Source: Flavobacteriaceae bacterium (GTDB lineage: Bacteria; Bacteroidota; Bacteroidia; Flavobacteriales; Flavobacteriaceae). Taken from it: a stretch of 64,000 bases of DNA. The translations under genes were made by a program, and so were the position numbers. The stretch lies in the NCBI GenBank assembly GCA_024643385.1, contig JAHEMZ010000007.1, forward strand, positions 1,341 to 65,340, read 5' to 3'. Under the pieces are notes generated by a model that saw only the letters and a program-made list of their open reading frames with translations, was not told the DNA's origin and did no database searches. Positions 28,452 to 37,145 of the stretch are shown piece after piece (the first letter of the stretch is position 1; every line of letters begins with the position of its first letter).

Positions 28452-29234
28452 TTATTTTCCTCCTTTTGCTTGTAGGTCTGCAATACATAAAGGATCCAGT
28501 GGAGGGACAGCACCCTTCGCGAACAGTCGTGTCAACTGGCTGCGACCCACATTCGTAGCGTCAAAATACATAAGGCATTCTTCGACCACACAATGCTTGG
28601 CGCTATTCGGGTCTTCATGTACAGAATGAATATCATCGTTCTGGAGATTCACCAATCCGAAAATATGTCCGAATTCGTGTTCTAGGGTTGTTTGCTCCAA
28701 AAGGGGAAGCAATTGAGGCTCGGACTGCGTGATGATCTCTAATGTCTTTTGATAGATAACGATAGAGGTATTTCTGTAGGCCGTTCCTAAAGTTACCGTC
28801 GATTGTGTGTCGTTGGAAGAACTGCCATTTGAGAAAAAAATATAAACAGCAATGTCATTTCCAACAGTGTACTGTGTTCTAAATTCTTCTTCAAAGTCCT
28901 TGATCTCATCTAACGTAAAGGGTGCGCCAGCCTGATCCGGAATTTGTCGTTCAATGAATTGAATACCTCCCGGTTTAAAAACTCTTTCTTCGATAAAATT
29001 GCGAAAGGCTTGAATGCTTGCTGCATCCGGCTGAAATGAAGCAGTAGACACAAGTTCCACTCTAAGTTTAGTGTAGATATCATCTGAAAGCAGGTCTTCT
29101 GCAGAAGTCCCCAATGCCTTTTTATTTTCTGCCGTGGGATCGACGGGATTTTCGTCGGCATCGTCATCTTTACAAGCGACGAAAATGAGGCTGATCCCTA
29201 AAAAAAGAAAAAATAAACGTAAAACCGACTTCAT
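28452..29234 (-). CDS. zinc metalloprotease lipoprotein with archaemetzincin-like motif
   Basis: 260 aa. Lipobox IFVACKDD. HEFGHIFGL (HExxHxxG) is followed by HCVVEECLMYF (C-x4-C-x-M). Confidence 0.65.
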   Translation of the reverse strand: MKSVLRLFFLFLGISLIFVACKDDDADENPVDPTAENKKALGTSAEDLLSDDIYTKLRVELVSTASFQPDAASIQAFRNFIEERVFKPGGIQFIERQIPDQAGAPFTLDEIKDFEEEFRTQYTVGNDIAVYIFFSNGSSSNDTQSTVTLGTAYRNTSIVIYQKTLEIITQSEPQLLPLLEQTTLEHEFGHIFGLVNLQNDDIHSVHEDPNSAKHCVVEECLMYFDATNVGRSQLTRLFAKGAVPPLDPLCIADLQAKGGK

Positions 29235-29287
29235 AGTGCAAATTTTGTATTTTTAGCAAACATAAACTTAAATACTCCACCACGAAA

Positions 29288-29812
29288 ATGAAGTCATTTT
29301 TTTTAACGATTATTTTATTGATTTGTTTTAACGCGACTGCGCAAATAGACGATTTTCAAAAGGAAATCATTGATCTCTTGAATATTAATGGAACTCGTGT
29401 CAACTACGGCGTAGCCTATTATGAAGTCTTTCCGTTGTTAAAGCGAAATTTCAAGGATAAGGACATTCCGGAAGAAGCATGGACCCAGCTGGAAGAAGGG
29501 GAAGAAAAACAAGTCGATAAGGCCATTGCACAACTTACTTTTGCGTATCGAAAATACTTTTCCAGAGAAGATATTCAGGCTATGACCGAATTTTATATGA
29601 CGGATGCAGCCCAGAAATTTATTTCAGATGAAACTTTAACCGCAGAAGAGGATAAGCAGATCGATGATTTCCTCAGTTCTGATGTGGGTAAAAAGATGAA
29701 GAAAAATCAGAAGGAACTGAATGGAGACCTGAGTAAAATGAAGGATGAATGGAGTCGGGAACTATTTGGTGCCAAAATGAAAGAATTGATCAAATCGGGA
29801 TACCTCAACTAG
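29288..29812 (+). CDS. secreted hypothetical protein (possibly DUF2059-like)
   Basis: 174 aa with signal peptide ending NATAQ. Helical and charged, with no catalytic motif seen. Confidence 0.5.
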   Translation: MKSFFLTIILLICFNATAQIDDFQKEIIDLLNINGTRVNYGVAYYEVFPLLKRNFKDKDIPEEAWTQLEEGEEKQVDKAIAQLTFAYRKYFSREDIQAMTEFYMTDAAQKFISDETLTAEEDKQIDDFLSSDVGKKMKKNQKELNGDLSKMKDEWSRELFGAKMKELIKSGYLN

Positions 29813-30507
29813 GTAAGTCGGACCAGATAATCAAAATTATTTCCCCGGGCTATGATCTTAAATTGTAGCCCGTTTTCTTTGGCCAATTCTTCAAACAATC
29901 GCTCGTCAAGATACAACCACGGAAAGGCATCACTTTTTTGGTTCTTATAGGTCATGGTGAATTCCAGCTCCCCGTAATATCGATCGGCCGGAACCCAAAT
30001 GCCACCTTCTTCACTGCTGTCGTACATATATTGTAGATCACTGGAATCGATCAGGATTTGACCTCCGGGGTTCAACATAGATTTTAAATGTTGCAGGTAT
30101 TCGGTGGTTTGCTCGACGGTTTCAAAGATCCCTGCTCCGTTCATCAAGAGTAATATGGTGTCATAACCTTTTCTATTAAGCTCCAATAATGAAATGCATT
30201 CCGCGTCCTTGACACCTCTTGCCCGGGCTACTTTGATCGCTCCTTCAGAAATATCGATCGCAGTAGCGAAAAGCCCTTTTTCCTGTAGCCATAACGAATG
30301 ACTCCCGGCCCCGCAACCCACATCTAATACTTTGCCTTTACAAAGCTGTAAAGCCTTTTGTTCTATATCCGGCATTTCAGAAAAACTTCTGAACAAATAC
30401 GGAATGGGAAGCTCATCTTCTTCACTGATATTGGTCTCGGTAATGATATCCTCTGAATAACGATCCTCAAAATAATCGATAAGAGCCTGTCCTAAAATGT
30501 CTTTCAT
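29809..30507 (-). CDS. class I SAM-dependent methyltransferase
   Basis: 232 aa. Motif I VLDVGCGAGSHS, post-I AIDIS, motif LLMNG. Confidence 0.85.
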   Translation of the reverse strand: MKDILGQALIDYFEDRYSEDIITETNISEEDELPIPYLFRSFSEMPDIEQKALQLCKGKVLDVGCGAGSHSLWLQEKGLFATAIDISEGAIKVARARGVKDAECISLLELNRKGYDTILLLMNGAGIFETVEQTTEYLQHLKSMLNPGGQILIDSSDLQYMYDSSEEGGIWVPADRYYGELEFTMTYKNQKSDAFPWLYLDERLFEELAKENGLQFKIIARGNNFDYLVRLT

Positions 30508-30512
30508 TTGCC

Positions 30513-30520
30513 TATTTTTG
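30513..30520 (+). promoter_or_regulatory. Bacteroidota -7 promoter box (TATTTTTG), candidate leaderless transcript of the ykgJ-like gene
   Basis: Matches TAnnTTTG and ends only 4 nt before ATG 30525. Confidence 0.35.
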
Positions 30521-30524
30521 AATC

Positions 30525-31019
30525 ATGGATGAAATTTTGAAACAACTTCCACAGCGAGCCAAAGATACGGAGAAAGAGAACAAGAAGTTCTTTGCCAGGC
30601 TGAAGAAAAAACCGCCCAAGCAGTTGGATTCACTGATGGTCGAATTGCACGAAGCCGAATTTCAACGCACCGATTGTCTCCGTTGTGCAAATTGTTGCAA
30701 AACCACCGGACCTTTATTTACGGCTAAGGATATCGAGCGGATCTCGAAGCATTTCAGAATGAAACAGCAACAGTTTATCGACACGTATCTATCGATCGAT
30801 GAAGAAAACGATTATGTATTGCAAAGTGTGCCTTGTACCTTTTTGGGAGCCGATAATTATTGCTCTATTTATGAGGTGAGACCTAAAGCTTGTAGAGAAT
30901 TTCCCCATACGGATCGCAAGAAGTTCCAACAGATTTCCAACCTAACTTTAAAGAACGTAGCCATATGTCCCGCAGCGTTCAATATTGTAGAGGAGATGAA
31001 GAAAAGATTGCCACAATGA
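30525..31019 (+). CDS. YkgJ-family (UPF0153) cysteine-cluster protein
   Basis: 164 aa. CLRCANCCK matches the CxxCxxCC signature, with later Cys residues (CTFL..NYCSIYEVRPKACREFP). Confidence 0.8.
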   Translation: MDEILKQLPQRAKDTEKENKKFFARLKKKPPKQLDSLMVELHEAEFQRTDCLRCANCCKTTGPLFTAKDIERISKHFRMKQQQFIDTYLSIDEENDYVLQSVPCTFLGADNYCSIYEVRPKACREFPHTDRKKFQQISNLTLKNVAICPAAFNIVEEMKKRLPQ

Positions 31020-31915
31020 AGTGTCAGGTGAAAACTACTTTACTCTATTGGTTGATTTCCTTAGGAATCAATGCTCAAACACTGACCTTTCCCGACCCTA
31101 ATTTCGAAAATGCCCTGGTCAATTTCAATGTGGTCGATACTACCGGCAATGGTCTCGGGGATAGCGTGTGTGATACTAACGGGGATGGGTTCATACAGTT
31201 GAGTGAGGCCGAAGCGGTCATCGGTTTGATCGTGTCTTATCAAAACATTGAATCGCTGGAAGGTATTGAGTATTTCAGCAACCTGGAAACCCTTAAATCC
31301 AGAGGAAACTTTTTAAGTTCCTTAGATCTGTCGCAAAATGCACAATTAACCTGGCTGCATATTGAAACCAATCCGTTAACCGAGATCGATCTTTCACAGA
31401 ATTTCCTCATGGAGCGCCTCTGGATCTATCAGATCCAACTTTCAGCCTTGGATGTGTCACATATGCCAAGCCTGCAATCTTTGCGTGTGTATACAAACCA
31501 GCTACAAAGTCTAAACATTCAAAATGGGAACAATGAACAGTTAACCGATTTTCAAGCGTATAACAATCCCAATTTGTATTGTATTCAAGTAGATGATGTT
31601 GGTTTTGCGGAGAGCAATCCGAATTGGGTAAAAGATGAGTCAGCACAATATAACGAAAACTGCTTATTGGGAGTGAATTCATTCGAACTTGCTGAAAAAG
31701 TGATTTTATTTCCTAATCCCGTTACGGATCAATGCACTATTGAAAGTGAAATTCCGGTGGTTTCTGTTACCCTATATGATAGTTCAGCCAAGAAGCTACT
31801 TCAATTTTTTCATCCAAAAACCGATCTTAATTTGGAGTCAATCGCGGCAGGTTTCTATGTTGTTAAGGTGCAAACTTCAGAAGGAAATGTTTGGAAACGA
31901 CTTGTTAAAAATTAA
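31016..31915 (+). CDS. leucine-rich-repeat protein with T9SS type-A C-terminal sorting domain
   Basis: Start is set at ATG 31016 (MKCQVKTTLLYWLISLGINAQ signal peptide), overlapping the upstream stop as ATGA. LRR-like units: NLETL..N.L..LDLS.N..L. The C-terminus ILFPNPVTDQCTIES...GFYVVKVQTSEGNVWKRLVKN is a Por-secretion tail. Confidence 0.8.
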   Translation: MKCQVKTTLLYWLISLGINAQTLTFPDPNFENALVNFNVVDTTGNGLGDSVCDTNGDGFIQLSEAEAVIGLIVSYQNIESLEGIEYFSNLETLKSRGNFLSSLDLSQNAQLTWLHIETNPLTEIDLSQNFLMERLWIYQIQLSALDVSHMPSLQSLRVYTNQLQSLNIQNGNNEQLTDFQAYNNPNLYCIQVDDVGFAESNPNWVKDESAQYNENCLLGVNSFELAEKVILFPNPVTDQCTIESEIPVVSVTLYDSSAKKLLQFFHPKTDLNLESIAAGFYVVKVQTSEGNVWKRLVKN

Positions 31916-33163
31916 CTATTCGTAGAGAAGGTATTTCTTTCGCAATTTTTGAAAATCAGCTAATCCATTTTTCCAAGTGGTTCGAATCTCTTCGGAATTC
32001 ATCCCCGATTTGATTTGCCGCTCCAAGGTTTCGGTGCCCGCAAGCTTGGTAAAGAAAGAGGTGAAAAAAGTCTCTTTTTTCGGATAAACGTGATACGCAT
32101 CGATCAACCATTGCAAGTTCAATTGATCCATTCTTTTTACGTTACGTAAATCCATCCCATAGCAAACTTGTCCTTTGTGTTTTGGATTTTTAGCACCTTC
32201 ATTTGGCGCTGGAGTGAACGAAAAGGAATAGGTTGCCGCAGGTAGATTCGGGTCCCCAAAAATTTGAAATTGCATATCGGTTCCGCGACCGGCACTGAGC
32301 GGTGTTGATTCAAAAAAACAAAGACTTGGGTATAGATTAATGGCTTGATCGTTCGGTAAATTGGGGGAAGGCTTTATCGGAAGTGAATAGGGTATTTTGT
32401 GGTTGTAATTTTTAACCGGGACAACAGTGAGTTTGCATTGGAGCCTGTCTTTCAACCACTCTTCCCCATTGATCATTTGAGCATATTCCCCAATGGTCAT
32501 TCCATGGACCACAGGCACCGGATGCATGCCGACAAAACTTTTGTACTCCGATTTCAAAATGGGTCCATCCATATAATGTCCATTGGGATTAGGACGGTCT
32601 AAAACAATTACCGGGATATTTTTTTCGGCGCAGGCCTCCATAACGTAATGCAGTGTAGAGATATAAGTATAAAACCTGGCGCCGACATCTTGAATATCAA
32701 AGACCATAATATCCAATCCTTCCAATTGTTCCGGAGAAGGTTTTTTATTAGCTCCATAAAGTGATATAATAGGGATGCCTGTCTTTGCATCCATACCGTC
32801 TTTGATGGTTTCGCCTGCATCCGCCGTCCCTCGAAAACCGTGTTCGGGCGCAAAGGCCTTTACCACGTTCACTTCCTTGGATTGTAAAAAATCAACTAGA
32901 TGCGTAAAATCGCCGGTTGACTCTTGATATACTGAAGTTTGATTCGCTATCACGCCGACACTTTTACCACTTAATAGAGGCAGATAGAATTCAAATTGCT
33001 GAATTCCGGGCGAGATTTCATGAACGCTTATGGTAGCTTTTTCCGTATTGAATGAAGTCTCCGTTTTTTCCTGGTTCTGACTTCCGCATGAAAAACAAAG
33101 GAACATCGTTATAGGAAGAGCCATTTTTAATGTATTTTTGAAGAAACTTAGCCACATTTTCAT
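31916..33163 (-). CDS. namZ: DUF1343 / NamZ-family exo-beta-N-acetylmuramidase, lipoprotein
   Basis: 415 aa. GVIANQTS, FAPEHGFRG, VFDIQDVGARFYTYISTL and VLDRPNP are DUF1343 hallmarks. Lipobox FLCFSCGS. Confidence 0.7.
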   Translation of the reverse strand: MKMWLSFFKNTLKMALPITMFLCFSCGSQNQEKTETSFNTEKATISVHEISPGIQQFEFYLPLLSGKSVGVIANQTSVYQESTGDFTHLVDFLQSKEVNVVKAFAPEHGFRGTADAGETIKDGMDAKTGIPIISLYGANKKPSPEQLEGLDIMVFDIQDVGARFYTYISTLHYVMEACAEKNIPVIVLDRPNPNGHYMDGPILKSEYKSFVGMHPVPVVHGMTIGEYAQMINGEEWLKDRLQCKLTVVPVKNYNHKIPYSLPIKPSPNLPNDQAINLYPSLCFFESTPLSAGRGTDMQFQIFGDPNLPAATYSFSFTPAPNEGAKNPKHKGQVCYGMDLRNVKRMDQLNLQWLIDAYHVYPKKETFFTSFFTKLAGTETLERQIKSGMNSEEIRTTWKNGLADFQKLRKKYLLYE

Positions 33164-33165
33164 CA

Positions 33166-34401
33166 GTGAATTTCGAATTTTTTACGGCTCGACGCATCAT
33201 TGCTTCGAAGGATTATAAAAGTAGTGTTTCGGCACCAATTATAAAAATTGCTATTATCGCAATTTCTTTGGGAATCGTGATTATGCTGGTCTCGATCGCG
33301 ACGGGCGTAGGGCTGCAAAAAAAAATACGCGAAAAAGTATCTGCTTTTAATGGTGATATTCTCATTACCAACTACGACACCAATCAAAGTGATGATTCTC
33401 AAATTCCTATTTCAACAGATCAGGAGTTTTATCCTGTATTTACTGCCGTGGAGGGAATCACCCACATTCAAGTTACCGCATCCAAAGGAGCGATCATCCG
33501 CACGGCGACCGATTTTGAAGGCGTTGTCGTAAAAGGAGTAGGGGATGATTATCAATGGGATTACTTTGCTGAATATTTAGTAGATGGAAGGTTGCCGAAT
33601 TTTCAAGGTGCCTTGAACGACGAGATATTAATAGCCAATTACCTGGCCAGACGACTTCAATTGAAGTTGGGAGATCGAGTCAACACCTTTTTTCTAGCGG
33701 AAGATAGTGAGCGAAAAACAAGAAGCAGGGGCTTTGAGGTCGTGGGTATTTATGATAGTGGTTTTCAACAATTTGACGAACAATTTGTCCTGGCCGATAT
33801 TCGACATATTCAACGCCTTAACAACTGGAAGGAGAATGAAGTAGGATCTTTTGAGCTTTTTGTGGACGATTTCAATAAGATCGGTGAGATCGGAGCAGCG
33901 GTGTACCAGGCTACACCCAATACCTTAGACACCTTGACGATTCGCGATAAATATTATTCCATTTTTGAATGGCTGGACCTTTTTGATTTTAACATTATTC
34001 TCATTATTGGGATCATGATCTTGATCGCCGGAATTAATATGATCACCGCCTTGCTGGTCCTAATTCTGGAACGTACGCAAATGATTGGAATATTGAAGGC
34101 CTTAGGTAGTAGCGATTGGAGTGTACGAAAAATATTTCTTTATAATGCAGCCTATATTATTTGTGTAGGATTGTTTTTTGGAAACATTATCGGCGTGGGA
34201 TTACTGTTGATCCAGAAGTATGGAAAAGTGATTACCTTGGACCCATCTACTTATTATGTCAGCGAAGCACCTGTATTTATTGATGCCGGCTATATTCTGT
34301 TGCTAAATCTGGGTACTTTATTATTATGTCTTTTAATGCTGCTTATTCCTTCTTATTTGGTGGCAAAGATATCACCGGTGAAAGCCATTCGTTTTGAATA
34401 A
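33166..34401 (+). CDS. FtsX/LolC/LolE-family ABC transporter permease
   Basis: 411 aa with a GTG start. N-terminal MNFEFFTARRII.. and TM1, a large periplasmic loop, then a C-terminal FtsX domain (GILKALGSSDWSVRKIFLYNA...). Confidence 0.8.
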   Translation: MNFEFFTARRIIASKDYKSSVSAPIIKIAIIAISLGIVIMLVSIATGVGLQKKIREKVSAFNGDILITNYDTNQSDDSQIPISTDQEFYPVFTAVEGITHIQVTASKGAIIRTATDFEGVVVKGVGDDYQWDYFAEYLVDGRLPNFQGALNDEILIANYLARRLQLKLGDRVNTFFLAEDSERKTRSRGFEVVGIYDSGFQQFDEQFVLADIRHIQRLNNWKENEVGSFELFVDDFNKIGEIGAAVYQATPNTLDTLTIRDKYYSIFEWLDLFDFNIILIIGIMILIAGINMITALLVLILERTQMIGILKALGSSDWSVRKIFLYNAAYIICVGLFFGNIIGVGLLLIQKYGKVITLDPSTYYVSEAPVFIDAGYILLLNLGTLLLCLLMLLIPSYLVAKISPVKAIRFE

Positions 34402-34438
34402 AATAAGACCGACCTCCTTAAAAGTAAAACGGGTTTTG

Positions 34439-34446
34439 TACTTTTG
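34439..34446 (+). promoter_or_regulatory. Bacteroidota -7 promoter box (TACTTTTG) for the CBS/CysK-like gene
   Basis: Matches TAnnTTTG, 18 nt upstream of ATG 34465. Confidence 0.45.
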
Positions 34447-34464
34447 CCCCGCATAAAAATTTAC

Positions 34465-35445
34465 ATGGAATACGCAAAAAACATATTGGAAACCATAGGG
34501 AATACACCCTTGGTGAAAATAAATAAGCTTACCGCCGAATTACCCTGTTTGGTGTTGGCAAAGTATGAAACCTTCAATCCCGGGAATTCTGTCAAGGATC
34601 GCATGGCGGTTAAAATGATCGAAGATGCGGAAGCCGACGGACGTTTAAAGCCCGGAGGAACTATCGTAGAAGGAACGAGTGGCAATACCGGAATGGGTTT
34701 AGCACTGGCCGCTATTGTAAAAGGATACAAAATGATCTGTGTTACTTCCGATAAACAGAGTAAGGAAAAGGTTGATATTTTGAGGGCAGTGGGAAGCGAA
34801 GTTTATGTTTGTCCAACCAATGTTGCCCCTGATGATCCTCAGTCTTACTATTCAACGGCTCGTCGTTTGGCAGCGGAAATCCCGGGTGCCTGGTATGTGA
34901 ACCAATACGACAATCCGAGCAATGCAAGAGCTCATTACGAGAGTACCGGTCCGGAGATATGGAAACAGACGGATGGAAAAATAACTCACTTCGTGGTGGG
35001 AGTAGGTACCGGAGGAACCATTAGTGGGGTAGGTAAATATTTAAAGGAACAAAATCCAAATGTAAAAATCTGGGGGGTCGATACCTATGGCAGTGTTTTT
35101 AAGAAATACCACGAGACCGGAATTTTTGATGAAAAAGAGATCTATCCTTACGTGACAGAAGGTATCGGTGAAGACATTCTCCCGCTTAATGTTGATTTTT
35201 CCATTATTGACGGATTTACAAAAGTGACCGATAAAGATGCAGCTGTTTATACACAACGCCTTTCTAAGGAGGAAGGGATGTTCTTAGGGAATTCAGCCGG
35301 AGCAGCCATCAAAGGGGTGCTTCAACTGAAAGAACATTTTACCAAAGATGATGTGGTTGTGGTGCTATTTCATGATCATGGCAGCAGGTATGTGGGTAAA
35401 ATGTACAACGACGATTGGATGCGCAAAATGGGCTACATCGAATAG
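34465..35445 (+). CDS. PLP-dependent cysteine synthase / cystathionine beta-synthase-type enzyme
   Basis: Start is at ATG 34465 (MEYAKNILETIGNTPLV). PLP-lysine region NPGNSVKDR, then GTSGNTGMGLA, GVGTGGTISG and EGIGEDILP (CBS-like rather than classic CysK). Confidence 0.8.
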   Translation: MEYAKNILETIGNTPLVKINKLTAELPCLVLAKYETFNPGNSVKDRMAVKMIEDAEADGRLKPGGTIVEGTSGNTGMGLALAAIVKGYKMICVTSDKQSKEKVDILRAVGSEVYVCPTNVAPDDPQSYYSTARRLAAEIPGAWYVNQYDNPSNARAHYESTGPEIWKQTDGKITHFVVGVGTGGTISGVGKYLKEQNPNVKIWGVDTYGSVFKKYHETGIFDEKEIYPYVTEGIGEDILPLNVDFSIIDGFTKVTDKDAAVYTQRLSKEEGMFLGNSAGAAIKGVLQLKEHFTKDDVVVVLFHDHGSRYVGKMYNDDWMRKMGYIE

Positions 35446-35461
35446 ATAAATGATCACTATA

Positions 35462-35496
35462 AAATCCTTTTCCAACGAAAAGGATTTCTTATTTTT
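35462..35496 (+). terminator. rho-independent terminator after the CBS/CysK-like gene
   Basis: 10-bp stem AAATCCTTTT/AAAAGGATTT, 6-nt loop, then CTTATTTTT. Confidence 0.6.
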
Positions 35497-35538
35497 AGCC
35501 CCTAAAGTTAACTCCTCATAAATTTAATTTACATTTTT

Positions 35539-36870
35539 ATGAAGGAGGATTTTCTTCACTACCTATGGAAATTTCAGAAATTTTCTAAGGTAGATCTGCA
35601 AACAATTTCCGGAGAACCCATCCGTATCTTATCCGTTGGAAATCATAATTTCAATGCCGGCCCCGATTTTTTAATGGCTCAGGTTGAAATTGGAGGACAA
35701 CTCTGGGCGGGCCATGTAGAAATACATCTAGAATCCTCTCAATGGTATGATCATCAGCACCAAAAGGATTTGAATTACGACAATGTGATCCTTCATGTGG
35801 TTTGGGAATATGACAAAGAGGTCATTCGAAAGGATAACAGTTCTTTACCTACCTTAGTTTTAAAAGATAAAGTGTTGCCGGAAATGGTACATAGTTATCA
35901 TCAATTATTTGCTGAACCTCGTCGCTTTATTTCCTGTGAAGATCATTTTCCCAATCTGGAAGGATTTCTGCTGAACAGTTGGCTGTGGCGTATGTTTATC
36001 GAACGTCTTCAGATGAAGTCGGAATGGATCTCCCAACAACTGAAGGAAACCGAAAACAACTGGGAATCGGTATTCTTTAGGTTGTTGTGTAAGACCTTCG
36101 GGTTAAAAGTAAATGGGGAATCGTTTTTAAGTATTGCCACTTCAGTGGATTATGCTGTAATCAAAAAATGCAGTACACATCCAAAGCGATTGGAAGCGTT
36201 GTTATTTGGTCAAGCCGGTTGGCTTGAAACAGTTGCGGAGGATAGTTACGTAAAAGAGCTTCAAGTTCAATATGCGTATTTGAAAAAAATATATGCTATT
36301 TCAGCGCAAGGAGTTATTAAACCCAAGTTTTTCCGGTTACGTCCGTCGAATTTTCCCAGTCTAAGATTGGCACAATTATCCAAATTATGGTCCCATAATC
36401 CACATCTGTTTTCGGCTATTATGGAAGCTAAAGACAAGACAGAACTGTCATCCCTTTTTCACATTGCGGTCGGAAATTATTGGGATACTCATTATAAATT
36501 TTCTGTGGCATCCCCTCAAAAGAAAAAGGAATTGTCCCAAGGTTTTATCGATCTACTTTTGATCAATGTTGTGATTCCTTTGAAATTCACCTACGGCATT
36601 TTCTACGGAAATGATCCTTCTGAGGAAGTAACAGATCTTGCATTGTCCATATCCGGAGAGAAGAACCGGGTAGTGTCCTCATTTCAGCGGTTAAGAACGT
36701 TGGAAGATTCCGCATGGCACAGTCAGTCGTTGTTACATCTAAAGAATCAGTATTGTGAAAATTTTCAATGTATGAATTGTGAAGTAGGTAATTTTATCTT
36801 TAGCAGGCAAAGCGAACCCATGCACTCGGCAAATGGTATTTTTGATTGGAAAAATGCTTCATCCTTATAG
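35539..36870 (+). CDS. DUF2851-family protein
   Basis: 443 aa. The N-terminal MKEDFLHYLWKFQKF...GNHNFNAGPDF..A.VEIGG..W.G.VEIH is as remembered for DUF2851. Confidence 0.6.
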   Translation: MKEDFLHYLWKFQKFSKVDLQTISGEPIRILSVGNHNFNAGPDFLMAQVEIGGQLWAGHVEIHLESSQWYDHQHQKDLNYDNVILHVVWEYDKEVIRKDNSSLPTLVLKDKVLPEMVHSYHQLFAEPRRFISCEDHFPNLEGFLLNSWLWRMFIERLQMKSEWISQQLKETENNWESVFFRLLCKTFGLKVNGESFLSIATSVDYAVIKKCSTHPKRLEALLFGQAGWLETVAEDSYVKELQVQYAYLKKIYAISAQGVIKPKFFRLRPSNFPSLRLAQLSKLWSHNPHLFSAIMEAKDKTELSSLFHIAVGNYWDTHYKFSVASPQKKKELSQGFIDLLLINVVIPLKFTYGIFYGNDPSEEVTDLALSISGEKNRVVSSFQRLRTLEDSAWHSQSLLHLKNQYCENFQCMNCEVGNFIFSRQSEPMHSANGIFDWKNASSL

Positions 36871-36923
36871 ATGATGCTTTTCTTATTATATATTTGTTAC
36901 ATTCGAGCACTAAACAAACTAGC

Positions 36924-37145
36924 ATGTTCAATTCATTAAGGCATTTTCTTGAAAAGAGAGGTTTTTATGTGAGTTCTAGGCTGGCAGACAGATTGGGAAT
37001 GCGGGCCCGTACGGTACGTTTTTCCTTTATATATCTTACCTTCGCCACTTTTGGGGCAGGTTTTGCCCTTTACCTGTTTTTGGCTTTTTGGCTACGCGTA
37101 AAGGATTTAGTATATACAAAACGGACTTCGGTGTTTGATCTATGA
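36924..37145 (+). CDS. PspC-domain small membrane protein
   Basis: 73 aa from ATG 36924. GFYVSSRLADRLGMRARTVRFSFIYLTFATFGAGFALYLFLAFWL is a PspC-type domain. Its stop overlaps the next ATG (ATGA at 37142-37145). Confidence 0.65.
   Translation: MFNSLRHFLEKRGFYVSSRLADRLGMRARTVRFSFIYLTFATFGAGFALYLFLAFWLRVKDLVYTKRTSVFDL

Noticed and set aside
30965-31015. Upstream extension of the LRR/T9SS protein ORF (start at 30965)
   Set aside because: The extension overlaps the 3' end of the YkgJ-family gene and adds a non-signal-like peptide. ATG 31016 gives a clean signal peptide and an ATGA stop/start overlap.
36846-36923. Upstream extension of the PspC-domain ORF overlapping the DUF2851 gene end
   Set aside because: The conserved PspC domain starts right after ATG 36924. 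The extension (MEKCFILIDDAFLIIYLL...) overlaps the preceding gene and has no support.
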